Positions 36,948-46,271 of a stretch of 58,194 bases of DNA are shown here, one piece after another. The stretch covers positions 1 through 58,194 of the forward strand of contig CAYRZH010000001.1 of NCBI GenBank assembly GCA_964428845.1, in the 5' to 3' direction. The stretch comes from an uncultured Candidatus Saccharibacteria bacterium (GTDB taxonomy: Bacteria; Patescibacteriota; Minisyncoccia; Phycocordibacterales; DATGWK01). The stretch's first letter is position 1. Each line of letters starts with the position of its first letter. Made by a program: the position numbers and the translations under genes. Below the pieces are notes generated by a model. The model made no database searches, had not been told where the DNA came from, and saw only the letters and a list, made by a program, of their open reading frames with translations.

Positions 36948-37553
36948 TTGGTCATTGCGAAGAGTATCCGACAAGACATGGTGGCTTCGATGAAACTGCT
37001 ACAGGCAGTTCTCGCTGACCGAACCATAGAACAGACTATCGCCGCGGCATCTTTTGCCATAGAGACGTGCCTTGAAGGAGGAAAAAGGGTTTTTATCTGC
37101 GGTAATGGCGGGAGCGCCGCAGATGCCCAGCATGCAGCTGCAGAACTTGCTGGTAGATTCTTGCGGGACAGACCAGCTCTTGATGTAGAGGCTTTGGGAA
37201 CAAACTTCTCGACGACCACAGCAATTGCAAATGACTACGATTTTGATGAAATCTTTTCAAGACCATTGTCAGCAAAAGGAAGAGCTTGCGATATTCTCAT
37301 CGCGATCTCGACCTCTGGGAATTCAAGGAATGTGATCAGAGCACTCGAAATGGCCAGGACAAAAGAAATGCTAACGATTGGTCTAACGGGAGCATCAGGT
37401 GGCAAGATGGCAAAGAGAAGCCTCTGCGATCACCTAATCCGTGTGCCATCAAATGAAACTCCGCGCATCCAAGAGATGCATATCCTGATTTTCCACGCTG
37501 TCTGCAGAGCTTTGGAGAATCGACTCTTCCCGGTCAAAACCCCTCAAAAATGA
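36948..37553 (+). CDS. gmhA: Phosphoheptose isomerase (SIS)
   Basis: CGNGGSAADAQH, AIANDY, ISTSGNS, RIQEMH. Confidence 0.92.
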   Translation: MVIAKSIRQDMVASMKLLQAVLADRTIEQTIAAASFAIETCLEGGKRVFICGNGGSAADAQHAAAELAGRFLRDRPALDVEALGTNFSTTTAIANDYDFDEIFSRPLSAKGRACDILIAISTSGNSRNVIRALEMARTKEMLTIGLTGASGGKMAKRSLCDHLIRVPSNETPRIQEMHILIFHAVCRALENRLFPVKTPQK

Positions 37554-37664
37554 TGGTGTTGTAGATTAGATAGAGACGAACATGATTGCCCCCGCTAAAT
37601 CGCGGGGTTTTTCTTTCCACAATCTATATTTCTTTTGAAAAATTTGGGCGTATAATTATCTCTA

Positions 37665-38132
37665 ATGAAGAGAAAACATCGAGTGTATGTAGCCTGTAGT
37701 CTTACTCATGCACCGGAGGAATTTAAACAATTTGTAGAAACGGTTAAACAAGAGCTTCGCTCGTTTTGTGACGTTCTCTGTTTTAAGGACGCAGACCAGA
37801 CAAATTTTGCTGAAATCTATGATCACTGTATCGCAAGATGTGTAGGAACAAGTGACCTTGTTGTTGCCATCTGCGACCTACCCGCGATCGGTCTCGGTAT
37901 GGAGATCGCCACACAGATCGAGGGGCGACAACAGCCATGCTTGATGCTTGCCGCAGAAGGTTCGCAGGTAACCGATATCATCATCGAAATTCCACGGCCA
38001 AATTGTTTCTTTCTAAGATACCGCCCTGGCGACGTAGGACACATCGTGCAAATCGTCCAGGATAAACTTTCTAAAATCCCTATCGAAACTGATCCAGAAT
38101 ACGTCACCTACCCAACATCGATACAAGTTTGA
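37665..38132 (+). CDS. Nucleoside 2-deoxyribosyltransferase-like protein
   Basis: VYVACSL, DLVVAICD.P.IGLGMEI pattern. Confidence 0.65.
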   Translation: MKRKHRVYVACSLTHAPEEFKQFVETVKQELRSFCDVLCFKDADQTNFAEIYDHCIARCVGTSDLVVAICDLPAIGLGMEIATQIEGRQQPCLMLAAEGSQVTDIIIEIPRPNCFFLRYRPGDVGHIVQIVQDKLSKIPIETDPEYVTYPTSIQV

Positions 38133-38328
38133 AGTGAGTTTGGAATTTACTGATCGCACAAAAATATAGCGGGAGTACTCGATTGTATTTGAGAGTATGA
38201 TGCAAGAGTATTGAGACTATACGAAGCACTTGACTTTACTGATGATTTGTCCTATTATGTAAAAAGACTGTACCGAACCAGACACACGACCCGGACAGAC
38301 ACAAACCCCTCACACAAAGGAATGTAAT

Positions 38329-38640
38329 ATGAGATTGTTGGACGGACTCTACAAGTGGAGCGACGAGAATCGTGGCAAGACCCACCAGAGATTTGTTATC
38401 GGGATGTTGCTTTTCGGAATGCCGATACTCATTACGCCCATCGGCCTATCCATCGGTCTCCTCACGGGCAACAAGTTCGTTCACCCATGGGGCGTGGTCT
38501 GGACCATCCTCTGCACTGCAGTGGCGCTCATGATCTCATTCTTCTGGTTTGCTTTCTTCCAGATTTCCTTCAAGAAGTTCATGGTGGACGAATTCCACAC
38601 AGGCAGGGAGTTTGACGCACAATACCAACGTCTGCGTTAA
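38329..38640 (+). CDS. Hypothetical two-TM protein
   Basis: AAAGGA RBS; promoter TTGACT-17-TATTAT; downstream hairpin. Confidence 0.7.
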   Translation: MRLLDGLYKWSDENRGKTHQRFVIGMLLFGMPILITPIGLSIGLLTGNKFVHPWGVVWTILCTAVALMISFFWFAFFQISFKKFMVDEFHTGREFDAQYQRLR

Positions 38641-38765
38641 CCCCCCCTCGACGACAGCTGCCCAATTACCCCCAGCCACTTGGTTGGGGGTATTACTTTT
38701 TATAAATCATGTTAAAATATCTCCAGAGGTCGATAAGTAACTGACTAATTTTTTATACAAACAAC

Positions 38766-38954
38766 ATGAGTGAAAAGGATTGTTCGTGTGCACACCATAG
38801 TATTATTCCAATACTCACTATTCTTTTTGCCATCAGCTTTCTCCTAGACCACCAAGGATTCCTTTCTTCAGATTCAGTCAATGTTATATGGCCGATTCTT
38901 GTGGGAATCGCTGGTATTGTTAAGCTTCGAGAAGACAAGTGTGGTTGCTGCTAG
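38766..38954 (+). CDS. Small two-TM protein with terminal Cys/His clusters
   Basis: CSCAHH N-terminus and KCGCC C-terminus flanking two TM helices. Confidence 0.7.
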   Translation: MSEKDCSCAHHSIIPILTILFAISFLLDHQGFLSSDSVNVIWPILVGIAGIVKLREDKCGCC

Positions 38955-39026
38955 ACAGTAGAAACAAAGAAGCGCCGAAGGTCTGGCGCTTTTTTGTTTG
39001 CAAAGTTTCAGTAGAATATAAGAAAA

Positions 39027-40103
39027 ATGAGTGACATCAAATGGGATTTCTATCTTAAAGGTCACGAGACGTGGGAGGCAATGCTCGAAGCCATAAAAAC
39101 AGCCGAGGAATCGGTAGATTTTGAGCAGTATGTTTTTTCAGATGACCTCATAAGTCGACGCTTTGTCGACGCACTAAGAGAACGCCAGAAAGCGGGCGTA
39201 AAGGTAAGAATACTCTGCGATACTGTGGGCGGTTGGAATCTTTTTACTTCTTCCCTACCCCGAGACATGAAGAAAGACGATGTTGAGATTCGTTTCTTCA
39301 ACGTAGTCAGCCCTTGGAGGATCGGGAATTTTTTCTCGTGGTTTTTCAGGGACCACAGAAAGATTTTAATTATCGACAAAAAAATCGGTTTTACGGGAGG
39401 CATCGGAATCCGAGATGATATGTCCTCTTGGCGTGACACAAACGTAAAAGTTACTGGGCCAATCGTCTTGGAAATGAGCCGTGCCTTCAACGAACTCTGG
39501 GTTCAGTCGATAGACAAAGGCCTCATCTCTCGCTTAAAAAAGGCTCGTGGTTATGCACAAGGTTTCCACTTCGTCACGAACGCCCCGTATTGGAGAAAAA
39601 GATTTCTTTATCATAGCCTGGTCGAGGCCATCCGAAGCTCGCAGAGATACGTCTATCTCACTACCCCATACCTTGTTTTAGACAATCGTCTAACGAGAAT
39701 AACTCGTCTCGCCGTGAGACGAGGAGTTGACGTCAGGATTGTGGTTCCAAAACAGTCAAACATGCCCTTTGTAGAGAGGGCGTCGCAGGCATATTTCGAG
39801 AAGCTACTTTCATCGGGCATCAGAATTTTCCAGTACCATCACGGCTTCCTCCACGCAAAGACCGCCGTGATCGACGACGAATGGGCAACTGTCGGGAGTT
39901 TCAATCTTGATAGTCTGAGCTTCTTGTACAACTACGAAGCAAATATTGTGAGCACAGAAAGTGATTTTATCAGTGAAGTTAAAAAACATTTTGCAGTAGA
40001 CTTGTCTCATTCCAGAGAAGTTTCACTCGAAGAGTGGAAAAAACGTTCCCCAATCCGAAAATTTAGGGAGAAACTCGTCTTGCCGCTGACAAGATTCCTA
40101 TAA
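39027..40103 (+). CDS. cls: Cardiolipin synthase-like phospholipase D
   Basis: Two HKD motifs (HRKILIID, HAKTAVID); GSFNLD. Confidence 0.9.
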   Translation: MSDIKWDFYLKGHETWEAMLEAIKTAEESVDFEQYVFSDDLISRRFVDALRERQKAGVKVRILCDTVGGWNLFTSSLPRDMKKDDVEIRFFNVVSPWRIGNFFSWFFRDHRKILIIDKKIGFTGGIGIRDDMSSWRDTNVKVTGPIVLEMSRAFNELWVQSIDKGLISRLKKARGYAQGFHFVTNAPYWRKRFLYHSLVEAIRSSQRYVYLTTPYLVLDNRLTRITRLAVRRGVDVRIVVPKQSNMPFVERASQAYFEKLLSSGIRIFQYHHGFLHAKTAVIDDEWATVGSFNLDSLSFLYNYEANIVSTESDFISEVKKHFAVDLSHSREVSLEEWKKRSPIRKFREKLVLPLTRFL

Positions 40104-40188
40104 AGAATATGCTTGAAAAGCACAGCAAAGGATGATATATTGAGCCGACCGTTACTAGGAAATATTAAAAGTAAGCAAACCTTTCGCG

Positions 40189-40698
40189 TTGTCTATAAAA
40201 GTTAGAATAAACCACCAGATTCAAGCGCCCGAGTTACGCGTTATCGGCGACGATGGCACAAATTATGGCCTATTATCGCTAAAAGACGCCCTGGCTAAGG
40301 CTATCTCCCTCGGACTCGACCTTATAGAGATTTCCCCCCTTACCACTCCTCCGGTTGCAAAAATAATGGATTATGGTAAATTCCAGTACGACGCAAATAA
40401 GAAACAGAAAGTTTCGCGCGCACGGTCTCATACGGTTGAGACGAAAAGTATACAAATAAAGGTTGGCACTGGAGAACACGACCTCGATTTGAAAGCCAAA
40501 AAAGCTTCTGAATGGCTCAAAAAAGGAAACAGAGTAAAAGTTGATCTTTTCCTACCGGGGCGTACCAAATACATGGACCCGAAATTCCTGGAAGAACGCC
40601 TGGAGCGAGTACTCAAACTCATAACAGAAGAATACAAAGTATCAGAGGAGCCTAAAAAAGGGCCTAAAGGCCTTTCGACAGTGATCGAAAAGGCTTAA
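40189..40698 (+). CDS. infC: Translation initiation factor IF-3
   Basis: INHQI.APELRVI, DLIEISP..PPVAKIMDYGKFQY; non-ATG start. Confidence 0.95.
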   Translation: MSIKVRINHQIQAPELRVIGDDGTNYGLLSLKDALAKAISLGLDLIEISPLTTPPVAKIMDYGKFQYDANKKQKVSRARSHTVETKSIQIKVGTGEHDLDLKAKKASEWLKKGNRVKVDLFLPGRTKYMDPKFLEERLERVLKLITEEYKVSEEPKKGPKGLSTVIEKA

Positions 40699-40719
40699 TT
40701 TTCGGAAAATAAATAGACA

Positions 40720-40905
40720 ATGAAAACAAATAAATCATTTTTAAAACGACTCAAAATAACCAAAACCGGTAAGGTTTTGGGCAGGAAAGCTGGTCAAGAT
40801 CATTTCAACGCCAAAGAAGGCGGCAGAAAACAGATGGCAAAAAACAGGACCAGTGAGTTTGTAATGAATAACAAAACAAAGAGTAGATATCTGATCAATT
40901 CATAA
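40720..40905 (+). CDS. rpmI: 50S ribosomal protein L35
   Basis: MKTNKS..KR.KIT.TGK; infC-rpmI-rplT order. Confidence 0.92.
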   Translation: MKTNKSFLKRLKITKTGKVLGRKAGQDHFNAKEGGRKQMAKNRTSEFVMNNKTKSRYLINS

Positions 40906-40906
40906 C

Positions 40907-41251
40907 ATGACACGAGTAAAAAAAGGGGTAAATGCCTTAAAAACAAGGAAAAACGTTTTACGTAAAGCCAAAGGATTTCGATTTGGCCGAAGTTCTAAAG
41001 AGAAACAGGCTTATGAAGCACTGATGCACGCTGGTGCGTACTCATTTGCACATAGGCGCGATAAAAAAGGCGACTTTCGCCGCCTTTGGAACGTGCGCTT
41101 AAATGCCGCCTTGAGAGATCATGGTTTTTCATATAGTAAATTCATCGGCGCCCTAAAGAAAAAAAATATCACTCTTAACAGAAAAATGCTCTCGGAGATT
41201 GCCGCTCAAAATCCAGATCTCTTTAAGAGAATTGTAGAAAAAGCTAGGTAA
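40907..41251 (+). CDS. rplT: 50S ribosomal protein L20
   Basis: MTRVKKG, DFRRLWNVRLNAA, LNRKMLSEIA. Confidence 0.96.
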   Translation: MTRVKKGVNALKTRKNVLRKAKGFRFGRSSKEKQAYEALMHAGAYSFAHRRDKKGDFRRLWNVRLNAALRDHGFSYSKFIGALKKKNITLNRKMLSEIAAQNPDLFKRIVEKAR

Positions 41252-41359
41252 CAAAAAACCCCGTCACCTGACGGAGTGTGAATGATAGAAACGATTTTCG
41301 GTCAGCCAACAGAGACGAGAAAGATACAGACTGACGAATCCCTTGTCCCCTAGGCCAAT

Positions 41360-42217
41360 CTAAAGCGCGTCTGTTCTTATGGATTCGTGACGATACCCCC
41401 TCGGAGGTAGAGGCTTCACTGCGCGACCGGGCGGAGAGACCGAGGTCGCTAGCGAATCCGAAACACCCCTTGCCTTTTCTGTTACCGGATATCCCACAGC
41501 CGACCTGATTTCCCAATCATCCCTGCAAAACAATCTGAACACCCCAGGCTCATTTGGACTAAGGGAGTCGAGATTGAGAGCGTCGATGTTCCAACCGACA
41601 TTCTCCCAAAACACAAGGATAAGCCGAGGTGCCCCGCTCGAATCTGGGGACAGGAAGGCATTTCGAATCGCGTTGTTCTCAAGTCGCCCAGCTTCCCCAC
41701 TTCCCTGATCCGCCATTAGCCGCCTGATCTCGGTCAGAGATATGAAGTCGAGCCCCGAAAATGCATCTAAGCCACACTGGCGAATGCTTGAGATAAGCAA
41801 GCTGCTTGCCACCACAGCAGAACAAAGATGTACTTCACCATCCGAGACTGTCCCGAGAACCCCTTCTCCTTCACCAAACCACGAAGCAAGACCGCTCCCA
41901 ACAGAGTTAATCATCGGCTTTGCTTCGGCGTTGGTATTCGGTACGAGAGCAGGCCCCGAAAGAAACTCCGCTCTCACACCAGAGAGGGTGAACCTGTCTA
42001 CAGACGGCTGCATCCCGATGATGATCCTAAGAAGGCTGGAACGGCTATTCCCTGGGTCTGTTTGGAGGTTCTCGGCCCGAAGAAGTCTGTTGAGTCTGAA
42101 ACGCCAATGCACACCACAACTGCCTGCACCTCGCAGAAGGTCGGATGTGATGGGGCCATCCAAAAACGTGAGGATTCTCTCCATGGCACCTGGATTGCCT
42201 CTGACATTTTCCGGCAT
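41360..42217 (-). CDS. Hypothetical protein, stand-alone unit
   Basis: About 285-aa ORF with GAAGGA RBS, convergent on rplT. Confidence 0.65.
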   Translation of the reverse strand: MPENVRGNPGAMERILTFLDGPITSDLLRGAGSCGVHWRFRLNRLLRAENLQTDPGNSRSSLLRIIIGMQPSVDRFTLSGVRAEFLSGPALVPNTNAEAKPMINSVGSGLASWFGEGEGVLGTVSDGEVHLCSAVVASSLLISSIRQCGLDAFSGLDFISLTEIRRLMADQGSGEAGRLENNAIRNAFLSPDSSGAPRLILVFWENVGWNIDALNLDSLSPNEPGVFRLFCRDDWEIRSAVGYPVTEKARGVSDSLATSVSPPGRAVKPLPPRGYRHESIRTDAL

Positions 42218-42389
42218 TGGGGTTCCTTCCATAAAAGCCGAATGTGGAACCAGTCACGCTGACCGGGTTCTCAAAGAGCAAATTCTGGGTAAAACATTAT
42301 CATGCGCTATGAATAAAGTCAACATGTCCGTAATGGTTCAACACTAATTCAATGCTCCGGAACCACTCCCCAAACAAAACGGATGCTTA

Positions 42390-43766
42390 TCAAAAATCTA
42401 TTTTGTATTCTGTTCCCCTTTCTGGATAAATCGCATCTACATCCAAGTAGTCTCGCAGTCTTTGGGTAAGAAAAAGTGACGACTTCGGCTCTCCCATAAC
42501 CACAAAAACTTTTTTCAATGAATCTCTGGTATTTTCGACAAATTTCATAAGTCCATTTGAATCCGCATGTGCGGAATATCCACTGATTGTCTCGACGTGC
42601 GCCCGAACATCTATCTTTTTACCATTTATGACAACCTCCTTCGCCCCTTCTTCCAGTCGCCTGCCGAGAGATCCAGCCACTTGGTAACCTGTAAGTAGAA
42701 GTGTGTTCTCCGGGCCCGGTAGATAGTTCATTTCGTGGTGCAATATTCTTCCACCCGTAGACATGCCCGCACTTGCGACAATTATCTTTGGATTTGGAGT
42801 TTTCTCTATTGCATATGAATTTTCTGCTGCAAAAACAGTCTTTAGTTTTGGAAAATTAAAGATATCGTCACCTTCCTTTATCTCATCTTGTACCGCTTGG
42901 TTGAAGTACTTGGACGATCTTTTATAAATCTCGGTAAGCTTGATCGAAAGTGGTGAATCCAAAAAAACAGGAACGGACGGGACCTTCCCTTCCTCTATGA
43001 GATTGTTTAGTTCGTAGAGAACTATCTGGGTACGGTCAAGCGAAAAAGCCGCGATCAGTAACACCCCTTTTTTCTCCACAGCTAGACGAACTATTCTCGC
43101 CAGACGTCTGTCTCTCTCGGATTTTTCTTCATGATTTCTGTCTCCATAGACGCTATCCATAACTAGATAGTCGACACCAGTCGGCAAATCAAAGTTTTTT
43201 AGAATCGGAGAGGGAGAATTGCCCAAATCACCCGTAAACAAAACGTTTTTCCCCCCACTCGAAAGTCTAACCATGCTCGACCCCAAGATGTGCCCAGCGT
43301 CCAGAAACTCCGCTGAAATTTGCGGCGCACACTCAAACTTTTCATAATAAGCAACTTCTTTCCACAGAGCCAAAGCTTGTTCGACGTGAGTTTTTTCATA
43401 GAGAGGTTCAGCTCTCGAAAGCTTCAGGGCATCCTCGAACATTATTGCAGCCGTAGCTTTGGTCTCCGCTGTAGAGTAAATAACCCCCCGGAAACCTTCT
43501 TTGATAAGTTTCGGAATCGTACCGATATGGTCTATATGAGAATGTGTGACAAATAAAATATCGACTGATGATGGCTCGTAGGGGAAAAGTTTTTGATTGT
43601 CATTACTAACTTTTTGGCTATACATTTCGCCCTGTAGCAGGCCGCAATCGACAAGGATGGTTTTGCCCTTTGTCTTCAGCATAAAGTTCGCACCCGTTAC
43701 AGTACCTACCCCGCCCCAGAAAATTAAGGTAGATTTTTGCTCTGCTTTCTCTGTTTCCTCCGTCAT
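42390..43766 (-). CDS. MBL-fold beta-CASP ribonuclease
   Basis: GGVGTVTG, VDCG, THSHIDHIG, AGHILGS, SAHAD. Confidence 0.93.
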   Translation of the reverse strand: MTEETEKAEQKSTLIFWGGVGTVTGANFMLKTKGKTILVDCGLLQGEMYSQKVSNDNQKLFPYEPSSVDILFVTHSHIDHIGTIPKLIKEGFRGVIYSTAETKATAAIMFEDALKLSRAEPLYEKTHVEQALALWKEVAYYEKFECAPQISAEFLDAGHILGSSMVRLSSGGKNVLFTGDLGNSPSPILKNFDLPTGVDYLVMDSVYGDRNHEEKSERDRRLARIVRLAVEKKGVLLIAAFSLDRTQIVLYELNNLIEEGKVPSVPVFLDSPLSIKLTEIYKRSSKYFNQAVQDEIKEGDDIFNFPKLKTVFAAENSYAIEKTPNPKIIVASAGMSTGGRILHHEMNYLPGPENTLLLTGYQVAGSLGRRLEEGAKEVVINGKKIDVRAHVETISGYSAHADSNGLMKFVENTRDSLKKVFVVMGEPKSSLFLTQRLRDYLDVDAIYPERGTEYKIDF

Positions 43767-43828
43767 ATTTATTAAATGATAGCTATTTTTAAAGAAAAAT
43801 TAAAACACCCGCAGAGTGGGTGGCTTAA

Positions 43829-43978
43829 TAAGGATCACTTCGCGGTATTGCCCTAGTGAAAAAGACTAGGTGGGTGCCCGCACATGCACCGATCAGAACG
43901 CAATGCGCTCATCCTGGTACACGGATTTGAGCTCCCTTAAAATTGCTTTAATCTAGATAATACCCGAAGCAATCCTAC
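43829..43978 (-). ncRNA. ssrS: Probable 6S RNA
   Basis: Closing stem AGGAT-TGCTTCG-GGTATT pairs with AATACC-G-CGAAGTG-ATCCT; A-rich 5' bubble; 3' bubble hairpin CCTAGT/ACTAGG; promoter TTGCAT-16-TATAAT; terminator CACCC/GGGTG. Confidence 0.65.
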
Positions 43979-44095
43979 TTTGATTATAGACCTCGTGTTT
44001 TCTAATGCAACAAAAAATTACCACTCTGACACGGTTTGTGAAAAAGTGAATTAGAGACCCCTCGCGACCTCCCCCTCTTCTTATTAAATTATTTC

Positions 44096-44704
44096 TTACT
44101 CAAAAATTCCGTCCAAATTCACATCGTATAGGATTTGTTCCTGCACGACTTTATAGTTCATTAGTTCTTCTTTTTTAAACCAATGGTTTATCTCATCGTT
44201 TGCTTCCTTCGGAGAACCAGAGGCGTGAACTAGATTCCTAACCGCGCGGCCGTCGGAGTCTGACATCTCGTATGAGTCCAAGACAAAATCTCCACGAATG
44301 GTACCAATATCCGTAGAAAGTGGCTCTGTTCCTCCTGTTATTTTCCTGACTATAGCCACGGCATGGGCACCTTCCCAGACCATGAACACAACTGGACCAC
44401 TCGTCATATATTTTTTCAGAGTCCCCAGGACAATTGCAGTTATCTCGAGAGGATCATCGGAAGGAGGTTTTTGACCCTTCTCCTTGGCCGCTTTTATGCG
44501 TTTCTCGCCAGTGATACGCCGCCACTCGGGATCGAGGGTATAGTGCTGTTCTATCATTTCGGCTGAAGGTACGCCCATCTTGAGCCCAACAAGCTTCAGA
44601 CCGGCTCTTTCATATCGACTTATAATCTCGCCAATAAGAGAACGCTGAACTCCATCTGGTTTAATAATTACTAACGTCCTTTCTTTTTTAAAATGTTCCG
44701 CCAT
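44096..44704 (-). CDS. ndk: Nucleoside-diphosphate kinase
   Basis: ERTLVIIKPDGVQR, GTIRGDF, NLVHASGS. Confidence 0.95.
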   Translation of the reverse strand: MAEHFKKERTLVIIKPDGVQRSLIGEIISRYERAGLKLVGLKMGVPSAEMIEQHYTLDPEWRRITGEKRIKAAKEKGQKPPSDDPLEITAIVLGTLKKYMTSGPVVFMVWEGAHAVAIVRKITGGTEPLSTDIGTIRGDFVLDSYEMSDSDGRAVRNLVHASGSPKEANDEINHWFKKEELMNYKVVQEQILYDVNLDGIFE

Positions 44705-44721
44705 AGAAGAATAAGTATAAA

Positions 44722-45489
44722 CTATTTTGCTGTTAAAATCTTGGGGCCTTTTTCTGTAATCGCAATTGTATGCTCGAAATGGGCACTCCTCTTGCCGTCA
44801 CGAGTACGGACAGTATATCCATCTTTATCGAAAACGACTTTGCTCGAACCTTCTGTAAGCATCGGCTCGATAGCGATCACCATACCAGGTTTGAGTACTT
44901 CTCCTTCTCCGGCATTTCCTGTATTTGGCACGTATGGATCTTCGTGAACTTTGTAGCCAACACCATGACCAGCAAGCCCTTCGGCCAAGCCGAAGCCGAG
45001 CGGCTTCACGAACTGCTCGATTGCAAAACCAATATCACCGACGGTATTGCCAGCTCGCGCCGCTTTTATACCAATATCAAGAGCTTTTTTTGTGGCCGCC
45101 ACGAGCTTCTTCGCCTGGCCATCACCACCACCCACGATCACTGTTATAGCGGAGTCGGTAATGAGGTTCTTGTGGATGAGGCCCATGTCTATCGCGACGA
45201 CATCTCCTTCCTTAAGAATCTTCTCTTCAGTCGGAATACCATGAACAACCTCATCGTTGATAGAGACACAGATGCTTGCTGGGTAAGATTTGTGTACTCC
45301 TTCTGGTCGATAACCCAAAAAAGCGGGTGTATCGCCACCCTCATTAGCAAGTTTTTCGGCCAAAAGGTCGAGGTCTTTGGCATTGACACCTGGGGCTACA
45401 GCCTCTGCCAGAGTTTTTAAAATAAAGGCCAACCTCCTCCCTCCATCACGGAGAGCCTTTATTTCTTGAGGTTTTTTTATGGTGATCAT
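44722..45489 (-). CDS. map: Methionine aminopeptidase type I
   Basis: SINDEVVHGIP, GHGVG..VHEDP, AIEPM, AHFEHT. Confidence 0.96.
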   Translation of the reverse strand: MITIKKPQEIKALRDGGRRLAFILKTLAEAVAPGVNAKDLDLLAEKLANEGGDTPAFLGYRPEGVHKSYPASICVSINDEVVHGIPTEEKILKEGDVVAIDMGLIHKNLITDSAITVIVGGGDGQAKKLVAATKKALDIGIKAARAGNTVGDIGFAIEQFVKPLGFGLAEGLAGHGVGYKVHEDPYVPNTGNAGEGEVLKPGMVIAIEPMLTEGSSKVVFDKDGYTVRTRDGKRSAHFEHTIAITEKGPKILTAK

Positions 45490-45519
45490 GGCTTTGAATT
45501 TGTCGAAAGCCACTGCACT

Positions 45520-46116
45520 CTACCCGAAAACTTTGATCTTTTCAATGATGCTCGAAAAAACTTCAGGAATAGTTTTTTCACCGTCTATATCCATAAAATT
45601 GTGATTTGAGTTGTTTCTAAAATACTCGACTACTGGGGGAACGTCGCGGTCGAACCAGTCTAGTCGCTTAGATATTTTTTCGGCGTCCGCGTCATCACTG
45701 CGGCCACGGGCGAGGAGTCTTTTTTGGGCTGACTCACGACTGATATCGAGAAAAATTATGTTTGCTTTACGCTTATAAAAATTGAGGGCGGCATCGAAAG
45801 CCTCCGCTTCAGTAATCGATCGGCAGGCTCCATCAACAAGCAAATGTTCTTCTCCCGTTAGGTCCTTGATAAAAGCCCCGGACCAAATCCATATAGCTAC
45901 AAATGAGGGCTGACGATCCCCTCTGATATTGGCTTCTTTGGCGAGTTTGCTTGAGTAAGATCCACCCTTGAGAAAACTCCTGACATGATCCCCGACCTCA
46001 AAGTAGTACACCGGTCGGTTGGCGTTATCTTTTCTTAGATATTCCTCTAACAACTTCGACTGTGTTCCCTTCCCACAGCCAGACCGGCCGAGAAGTAGAA
46101 ATGTTTGAGGAGGCAT
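45520..46116 (-). CDS. adk: Adenylate kinase-family NMP kinase
   Basis: GRSGCGKGTQ, VDGACR, RGRSDD; secY-adk-map order. Confidence 0.85.
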   Translation of the reverse strand: MPPQTFLLLGRSGCGKGTQSKLLEEYLRKDNANRPVYYFEVGDHVRSFLKGGSYSSKLAKEANIRGDRQPSFVAIWIWSGAFIKDLTGEEHLLVDGACRSITEAEAFDAALNFYKRKANIIFLDISRESAQKRLLARGRSDDADAEKISKRLDWFDRDVPPVVEYFRNNSNHNFMDIDGEKTIPEVFSSIIEKIKVFG

Positions 46117-46159
46117 GAGGATAGTATATCGCAGGAGAAAATAAATTTCACTTCCCTGG

Positions 46160-46270
46160 GGTTCCCGAATACAATACCTCGCCTCGCACGGATATTTTTT
46201 TGCTAAAAAATTTCTCGTGCTCGCGCCGTCGCGCTCGCAAGGCTTCGTCGAGGTATCGTATTCGGGAACC
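46160..46270. repeat. 111-bp palindromic element after the secY stop codon
   Basis: GGTTCCCGAATAC/GTATTCGGGAACC arms plus ATACCTCG/CGAGGTAT. Confidence 0.85.
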
Positions 46271-46271
46271 A

